DNA of 50,102 nt from contig NC_068981.1 of assembly GCF_001194135.2 (NCBI RefSeq), positions 185,017,668-185,067,769 on the forward strand. Reading direction: 5' to 3'. The stretch is from Octopus bimaculoides (lineage: Eukaryota). The stretch's first letter is position 1. Each line of letters opens with the position of its first letter. The notes beneath the pieces were generated by a model that searched no databases, was not told where the DNA came from, and saw nothing but the letters and a program-made list of their open reading frames with translations. Below, piece after piece: positions 47,646-50,102 of this stretch. A program made the translations under genes and the position numbers.

Positions 47646-47826
47646 ATTATCATCATCATCATCATCATCATTATGGTCACCACCACCACCACCGCCACCA
47701 TCATCATCATCATTATTTTCATCATCTTCAACAATGACCCATCAGTATTATCATCATCACCATGACCACCGCCTTCATTATTATCATCGTCGTCGTCATT
47801 ATCACCACCACCACCACCACCACCAC
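47646..47826. repeat. Gap-bounded 181-bp copy of 46830-47010 (probable assembly duplicate)
   Basis: It appears identical to the upstream segment and has N-runs on both sides. Confidence 0.8.
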
Positions 47827-48508
47827 NNNNNNNNNNNNNNNNNNNNNNNNNNNNNNNNNNNNNNNNNNNNNNNNNNNNNNNNNNNNNNNNNNNNNNNNNN
47901 NNNNNNNNNNNNNNNNNNNNNNNNNNNNNNNNNNNNNNNNNNNNNNNNNNNNNNNNNNNNNNNNNNNNNNNNNNNNNNNNNNNNNNNNNNNNNNNNNNNN
48001 NNNNNNNNNNNNNNNNNNNNNNNNNNNNNNNNNNNNNNNNNNNNNNNNNNNNNNNNNNNNNNNNNNNNNNNNNNNNNNNNNNNNNNNNNNNNNNNNNNNN
48101 NNNNNNNNNNNNNNNNNNNNNNNNNNNNNNNNNNNNNNNNNNNNNNNNNNNNNNNNNNNNNNNNNNNNNNNNNNNNNNNNNNNNNNNNNNNNNNNNNNNN
48201 NNNNNNNNNNNNNNNNNNNNNNNNNNNNNNNNNNNNNNNNNNNNNNNNNNNNNNNNNNNNNNNNNNNNNNNNNNNNNNNNNNNNNNNNNNNNNNNNNNNN
48301 NNNNNNNNNNNNNNNNNNNNNNNNNNNNNNNNNNNNNNNNNNNNNNNNNNNNNNNNNNNNNNNNNNNNNNNNNNNNNNNNNNNNNNNNNNNNNNNNNNNN
48401 NNNNNNNNNNNNNNNNNNNNNNNNNNNNNNNNNNNNNNNNNNNNNNNNNNNNNNNNNNNNNNNNNNNNNNNNNNNNNNNNNNNNNNNNNNNNNNNNNNNN
48501 NNNNNNNN

Positions 48509-48750
48509 TATATGGTGGTTGTTTACTCCTTGCACAGAGTTTGACCACCTCCTGCACCTACACCTTAGCCCTTTCATGGCGTCTGATGTTGCTTTTTAGA
48601 CCAGACAGTGTTTTGAAAAATCACCCACACAGATTGCACCTCTGATTTGCACTACCAATACCTGCAAGTAAATTCTGCCCATTGTGGATCCTAACATGTC
48701 TTTTAAGACCCCCATTGGATTTGCAAACCCTCTGGCACACACCACATTCA
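48509..48750 (-). mobile_element. RTE-type LINE 3' end with two C2H2-like fingers
   Basis: The minus strand encodes ECGVCQRVCKSNGGLKRHVRIH...RCNLCG*FFKTLSGLKSNIRRHERAKV-stop, followed by a short UTR ending in ...aacaaccaccata at a TA/gap boundary. Confidence 0.65.
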
Positions 48751-48785
48751 AACGTGTGCACAGACATATAATCAGAATACATACA

Positions 48786-49394
48786 CACGAGGAGTTACCC
48801 AAAAGTAACTGGAAACGTTCTCTGTTGGAAAAGCTCGTTGTAGTTCAGGCTTCCGCCGCTAGAAGCCACTTCTTGCGACCCTCAGGCACCAGGATGCCAA
48901 CCGGCATCGTTGGTAAAGGAAGTACTTCCACGTTTGCCTCTTTGTTTTGCAGAGCTTCTCCCCTGTTCGTAGATTTTTGCAATAGCTGAAACGAAGGGGC
49001 AGCGTGCTTCTGTGAAATGTTTTCTGCTGGGAAAAACGGCGACTGAAACAGTTGCCACGCCTTAAACAGCTTACAAGGGCGCTGCTATGTGCAAAACACA
49101 AGTTTACGAGTGGTTTTCACGCTTTTAGGAATGGTCAGTTGAAGGCCAACTTCGTTCAGGGTCACTGCCGACCACCCGAACCGATGAAAACATCATGAAA
49201 ATTCAAGAACTTATGTTGAAAGACCGTCGCCGAACAATTGACGAACTTGTTGATATGACTGGTGTGTCCTGGAGCTCCTGTCAATGAATTTTGAGCGAGG
49301 AATTGGGAATGAAGAAGAGTTGCAGGAAAATTTGTGCCTCGCTTGCTCGCGGAAGATCAGAAGCGGTCAAAACTGAATGAGTGTCGTGAACTGA
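48786..49394 (+). mobile_element. Mariner 5' half (irritans-like), decayed
   Basis: TIR-like cacgaggagttacccaaaagtaactggaa, then QRASVK..LLGKTATET, KTQVYEWFSRF, TRTDENIMKIQE, DRRRTIDEL, GKFVPRLL.EDQKR and ECREL. Confidence 0.85.
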
Positions 49395-49980
49395 TTGAGA
49401 CGACGTGCCAAAACATAATCCAAAAAAGAATATTCACCAAAAAAGCTAATGACGTCTGTTTAGTGGTCCAGCGCTGGTGTCATCCACTGCAGCTTCATGA
49501 GACCTGATAAGTCAATTACAGCAGATGTATGCATCAACCAGTTGGATGAAATGGTGAGTGAACTTGCAATTAAACAACCGAAATTGAACAATAGAGACAA
49601 GCCAATTCTCTTGGAAGACAATGTTCAACCATATGTTGCACTAAGAACGCTGCTCAGGTTACAGAAACTGAACTTGTAATTACTCTGTCGTCCACCATAT
49701 TCACCAGACCTTGCACCAACTGACTACAACGTTTTCCAGGCATTAGACAACTTTTTGCAAGGAAAAAACTTCGAATCTGAAGAAGATGCAAAAACAGCCT
49801 TTCGCGATTTCATCACCTCTTGCTCTCCAGAATTCTTCGCTGCCGGCATAAATAAGTTACCGATAAAATGGCAAAATTGTGTTGATAACTTAGGTGCATA
49901 CTTTGTTTAACTGCATTGCTTTTTGTCGAGATATATACTTTCAGTACAAAATGGGACATTTCATTCTTAATAACCTGATA
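49395..49980 (+). mobile_element. Mariner 3' half (cecropia/Hsmar1-like, D34D), decayed, with 3' TIR
   Basis: DVPKHNPKKNIHQKKLMTSV*WSSAGVIH, LEDNVQP, 34 residues to the D of PPYSPDLAPTDY, LDNFLQGK and GINKLPIKWQNCVDNLGAYFV-stop. It ends with aaaatgggacatttcattcttaataacctgata. Confidence 0.92.
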
Positions 49981-49989
49981 TCGTTTATT

Positions 49990-50065
49990 TTTTACTTCCA
50001 CTCATTAGACTGCGGCTATGCTGGTGCACCGCCTTGAAGAATGTTTAGTCGAATGAATCTCGCTT
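49990..50065 (-). mobile_element. Repeat E terminal fragment
   Basis: cattagactgcggctatgctggtgcaccgccttgaagaatgtttagtcgaa. Confidence 0.7.
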
Positions 50066-50102
50066 CGTTGTAATCCGTTACGTCTTGAATAGTCCCACGC
50101 CA

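Noticed and set aside
49395-49910. Domesticated SETMAR-like transposase
   Set aside because: It has in-frame stops (WW to *W, and before LLCRPP), lacks the first catalytic Asp, retains a TIR and has no SET exon.

Overview
This is AT-rich eukaryotic non-coding DNA from a gapped draft assembly (17 N-runs, most flanked by TA/CA microsatellites). It is not prokaryotic: there are no operons, rRNA, true tRNA or CRISPR. The repeat families look like those of Octopus; that is recognition from memory and needs a BLAST check. I recognise no intact host gene, and nearly all listed ORFs are artefacts of microsatellites or N-gaps. The window holds about 40 copies or fragments of three tRNA-derived SINE families (labelled A, B, C here) plus a range of fossil elements: a Rep-deleted Helitron fused in frame to a mariner C-terminus, a Chapaev3-like transposase, several mariner remnants (one internally inverted, one two-subfamily hybrid, one MITE), RTE-type LINE pieces, a Penelope-like GIY-YIG endonuclease with a downstream hammerhead-like motif and inverted repeat, a second minimal hammerhead-like motif with an unusual core, and three stacked R4/Dong-type retrotransposon pieces in (AAT)n tracts. 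The best leads are the ribozyme-like motifs, the (TAA)n-associated R4/Dong stack and the chimeric transposon junctions. All appear to be decayed elements, and I cannot establish a new functional system from sequence alone. Family assignments rest on motif recognition, and most boundaries are approximate.
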